64,000 nt of DNA, taken from the NCBI GenBank assembly GCA_000182565.2, contig KQ257463.1, one strand, 5' to 3'. Below are positions 59,976-64,000 of this stretch, piece by piece. The notes under the pieces were generated by a model that saw nothing but the letters and a program-made list of their open reading frames with translations, was not told the DNA's origin and ran no database searches. The stretch is from Spizellomyces punctatus DAOM BR117. Lineage: Eukaryota. The first letter of the stretch is position 1; each line of letters begins with the position of its first letter. The position numbers were made by a program, and so were the translations under genes.

Positions 59976-62906
59976 TTACCGCTGTCCAGCGGGTGCTTCC
60001 ATAAGCACCTCTTTACCGTGACAAAAGAACAGTTTGGCTTCACGACTTGCTACATTTTGAATGCGATATTGATTTCCTAGGAGATTGTGGGGTTGGTGGA
60101 AGGACCAGTTGAACCTTATTTCGACAGAGAACTCACCTCGAGGAACGAAGAATTGAGATCCAGTTTTTACTACGAAGATAGTCTTGTGGATCTGTACCTC
60201 AACCTCGCCGGATACAACATAAAAAATCTGGATTGAAAACCTCCGTGAGTACACGTCGGCCATGTAACATGCCATATCCCTCTCACATACCATTGCTGAT
60301 TGATTAGAATTCTTGTTGGGTTTCTGCGATCCTTTGGGCATGACCAATATACCAGACGCGATGAATTCACCTTCGCTAAACACTTTCTGAAACTTGTAGT
60401 CGCCCGCTCCTATCGTACGGGGGTTGAGCATTTCTGGGGTAGCCACGATACCTGATAAATGGTGCATTCGGGTTAGAATTAAAGCGCCGGAATACTACTT
60501 CTCACTCTGACATGCACATACGTTGATTCTCCTCCTGACCAGTTGTGATGTTGATCACTGGAACATCTGGCTGCACTAACGGAGCTGGCTCGGATTTAAC
60601 TCTGGTCGTGGGCTTCCCCTTCCCATAATTTGATGACTCGTCATCCGATTTGACACGAATGACTTCTTTGACTACCGGCACCGGGAAGAAGCCTATTTAT
60701 TTTTAGATAATCGAATGAATGTGTATGGTGGGACCTTGTGGCCCCTCACCTGATTCCCTTCTTCCAATTACCACGCGTTCCCCAGCCCAATACTTCAGCG
60801 GTTTTATCTTCATCCGCTTGCTGCGTCGTGCTCCATTTTCGTCTTCATCTTGGTCATCCAATTGGAATACAGCATCCGTCACCTCTGGAGGGAGTTCGCG
60901 GCGAGCTATTTGTGAACAAGAATATCGTTACAACAGATTATGATGCAGATGGTTATTGAAAATCAACGCACGTTGTTTTGCTTTTCGTGTCCGAGTTCGA
61001 GTTGCAGTCTGTTTGCCTTTTCGGGCAGGCGCATTTTGATGGCGTTTGGATTTGATCTCGTTTTCTTTCTCCCCACCTTCGTCCGACAGTTCTTCGTGGT
61101 TCACTTCATTGGCATCAGCAAAATATTGAGTCTCATCCACAGCCTCAATGGGTTCAAGGGCAGCGTCGTGACCGACTTCAACATCTTCACGGCTTTCCAC
61201 AGAGCTTCTGCCGTCTATAGAAGACTCTGCCTTTCGCGTGGACTTCTCAAATTCTTCCGACAGGTTTCTACGAGCGCTACCGCCGTATCTTCTCGTATCC
61301 ACCTCGCTGTCATCAGGATCATGTACATTCCTGACAGCGTGTTTTGCAGTCGTTTTTCTTGCGGACGCCAATATCGGCTCATCTATAATACCAGATGTCT
61401 CGTATTCATGTTGCGTGGGCTGATTACCACGTCTAATCGTTCTACTCGTGCCTACCATGTAAGCGGCATTGCCTCGTCGTAGAGGAGTTCCGTCATCCGA
61501 ATCAGGTAACGCCTGCCGCATTGAAGGAATGATATCCCGGTCGCTTTCGGCATCTGACGTAGGTATGGCAGCCTTGCGCTTTCTCGACCTCCGCGCGCTG
61601 CTCGGTTCGTTGAATTTTCCTTCCAACACAGCGTTCTCTTCATCAGGTTCCGCTATGTCCTCCCGAACAATGCCTTTTTTTGAAGTAATCGCTTCAGGAG
61701 TTGGTGATGGAGGGCTACCTGCTCGTCCTGCCCCATCATCCGAACCATTTTCTGAAGATTTGGTTAGAGTCTTTGTCACTGATGCGCAAAAGGCTTCTTC
61801 CTGTCTGTATTCGACCAAGCCGTCTTCCAAAAGCTCGGCCCCCCTAGCAATATCATCACCGCCACTCATGTCCACATTCGCTACGTGCGACAACCTCGAA
61901 GGAATAAATGATGATGGCCCGCCAACACTTTTTCGAGATGTCTTGGACCCCTCAACAAGAGGCTCACGAGTTCGTTGTGGCAGCTGCACCGTAAGACTGC
62001 CGCTGGTTCTACTTCGTCGCCTGTCGTCGAGCTGACTTTTTGGGGTTGTTTCTGATACGGGGTGTTCAAGGCGAAGAGGTGCGGCTGGACTGAGAATGGT
62101 GCGCGGTGATGGCATATCCTCGTCGACGATGTAGGCACTGGATATGTTCGAAAACTGACCCTTGGAACTCCGCTGACTTTGAGGGGTGTGCTTCGTGGCT
62201 GTATCCAATGGACCTTCTAACATAGACGGACGCGGAAGGCGAGATATCGCATTCCGTGTTGCAGTCCCAGGAGTCTTCTCCTTTGTAAACCCCGTGGCCG
62301 GAGATACGCGTCGAGGTGGTTGCTGGTATGGCTCTACGTCAGAAGCTGAATCGGCTGTGCGGAAAATAAACATGGTGAGGTCTAGCTGGATCATAAATCA
62401 GGGTCAACCTTTTACAACCTTTTGCATACTTTGGTTTGCTGGGAGTTGACATCCTGCCCGACACTCCTGAGCAGACCAGATAACGTTACAATTGTCACCC
62501 GCATATCCCATAGCCAGAATAACTCCGCGTTTACCTTCTCGTGGCCCTCTGGTAATCTCATCCGTTTCATCTTCATCTTCACGAAACCAATCGTCCACAC
62601 TCATAAGCCCATTTGCATCTGTTTGCACGTTTTTCGGCGCGGTTACACCGGTTTTTCTACGGATGGATGTCGTGAACATCCTGCATGGCCATCTCTGCGT
62701 ACTTTCGTATAAATACAATAGGGCGAACCCACCTGCCCTTGACTCCAACTTCATGATAATTGTTTGGTCGTGGATCCTTTTGCCATCTCGCCTAGATTAT
62801 AGGTTAGCTCATACAGGACATGCACCAGTCTAAAAAACAATCAAACGCGAACCTTCCGGCCAGGTACATCTGCATCCGCTTCCGCTGGATGGTGCTCGGT
62901 GAGCAT
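59976..62906 (-). CDS. MIF2: Inner kinetochore protein CENP-C / Mif2
   Basis: N-terminal NYHEVGVKGRKTG..D.NG..VDDWF; CENP-C motif RRSKRMKIKPLKYWAGERVV; C-terminal cupin (FQKVF, SGILVMP, KP.KNS, FYVVSG.V.V.IH.T.F, FFVPRGN.Y.I.N). Confidence 0.92.
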
Positions 62907-63581
62907 AATATTAGGTAGATCACAGTGCTACAGCTATAAAAATAGTTCGGTTGCAGAGAGGATTTCCGACCGATCTTCGTGTGTCCCAGAGGCGCTATTA
63001 GGAATAGGATTTCGCTTCTATGTGGATCAAGCCTAGCGTGTCCGTTTAAGTCTTTAGATCGGCGAATCGTCGTAAGAAGGGTCCTTCCCCTAGGCAAGGT
63101 CTGCACGGCTTCTGCAGATCAACACGCTTCCACAGTTGTATCGCTATTGTGCTCATATGCTACTTCCTTCTGGCCCTTGTAGATTCGACAAACGCATGGG
63201 GCCAGAGTGCAAGAGTAATGGCAAGCCGATGTGGAATCCGTGTTTTCCGACGCGCTGCCTCGTTTTGCCTGTCCGTGTCCGACAGGCGAAATGGATCGAA
63301 TGGGCCGGTTGAAACCGCTATCACGTGCCATGTTGAGTCAGCAATTCTCCGCCCTTCTCCCGCTTCACCCTACTTCAAAATAAAAATAGTAACTGGGATA
63401 TATGGGGAGCAACAATGCTGCAAAAAAGGGGGCTTCATTGGAAAAGTCGCAAGCGTTAAGCCGGGTCGATAAGGTTCTAGGCAATCACCCGTACATTGTG
63501 GCGACTCATCGGGTTCCACTTTGCCAGGAACGATGGGCAAAGCTGAGGATTGTATTGACATTGTACGGGAGACAGGAATGA

Positions 63582-64000
63582 CGACTCACGCGTCTTCTTG
63601 CGCCTTTACTACGATTCTCTGAAGATAAATCAAGGAATAACCCAGTACAAGATTCGGGGTTGCACCGTCCCCTGACGTACGTCGATGCGGGGGGAGTTTC
63701 TCCAACGGGAACCATGCCAGCAACTGCCGAAGCACCTACATCTGTTCTCAACTTGGAGCGCCGAATGCATACGAACTACGAACACCGGTCACCCGACTCA
63801 GTTACAGGACGGTATGCCAGTCGTGCTACAGTCGACGACAACTGGCGCTTCCGACAAAAGAGCAGTGAACCTGTACCTAGCCCTCGAATTGGCGGAAGCG
63901 CAACCGGTCATGCAAAAGGTCGGCGCGCTTCCATAGCTGGAGCTTTCACAGCATCTCTCGCAGCATCAAATCGTCGTCGAACTAGCGGATTCTTTGATAA
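63582..64000 (+). CDS. Probable exon of a gene running off the right edge (low-complexity, S/R-rich)
   Basis: One + frame is open from about 63582 to the window end (...TMPATAEAPTSVLNLERRMHTNYEHRSPDSV...KGRRASIAGAFTASLAASNRRRTSGFFD). Start and upstream exons unresolved. Confidence 0.4.

Noticed and set aside
1-64000. CRISPR arrays, prokaryotic operons, rRNA, spliceosomal snRNAs
   Set aside because: The sequence is eukaryotic and spliced; no regularly spaced repeats, and partial matches to U2, U5 and U6 cores did not extend.

Overview
Gene-dense, intron-rich eukaryotic (fungal) chromosome segment. Short GT..AG introns (mostly about 45-95 nt) and the mix of fungal genes with genes usually thought of as animal-type suggest a zoosporic fungus (chytrid); this is an inference. 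The ORF track uses GTG/TTG starts and ignores splicing, so I assembled gene models by hand and exon edges are approximate. About 25 protein genes are supported: Crz1-like C2H2 factor, TMEM97, WDTC1-like DCAF, YABBY/HMG mini-protein, SLC26 transporter, P4-ATPase flippase and its Cdc50 subunit, CDS1, MTFP1, a divergent bioDA/bioB biotin pair, a GPI-anchored Cys/Met-rich protein, a PNPOx-like flavoprotein, Cox5, a CE4 deacetylase, PRKRIP1, a long coiled-coil protein, Sws1/ZSWIM7, a Net1/Dnt1-like protein, an atypical Rho and CENP-C/Mif2. The stand-out is a heavily spliced minus-strand gene (about 36917-41051) that the ORF track shows only as unrelated fragments. Its spliced product matches, motif by motif and in order, the N-terminal solenoid of Nup358/RanBP2, a nucleoporin generally described as metazoan-specific. 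All homology calls come from remembered family motifs; no search was run. I recognised no rRNA, tRNA, CRISPR array or intact transposon.
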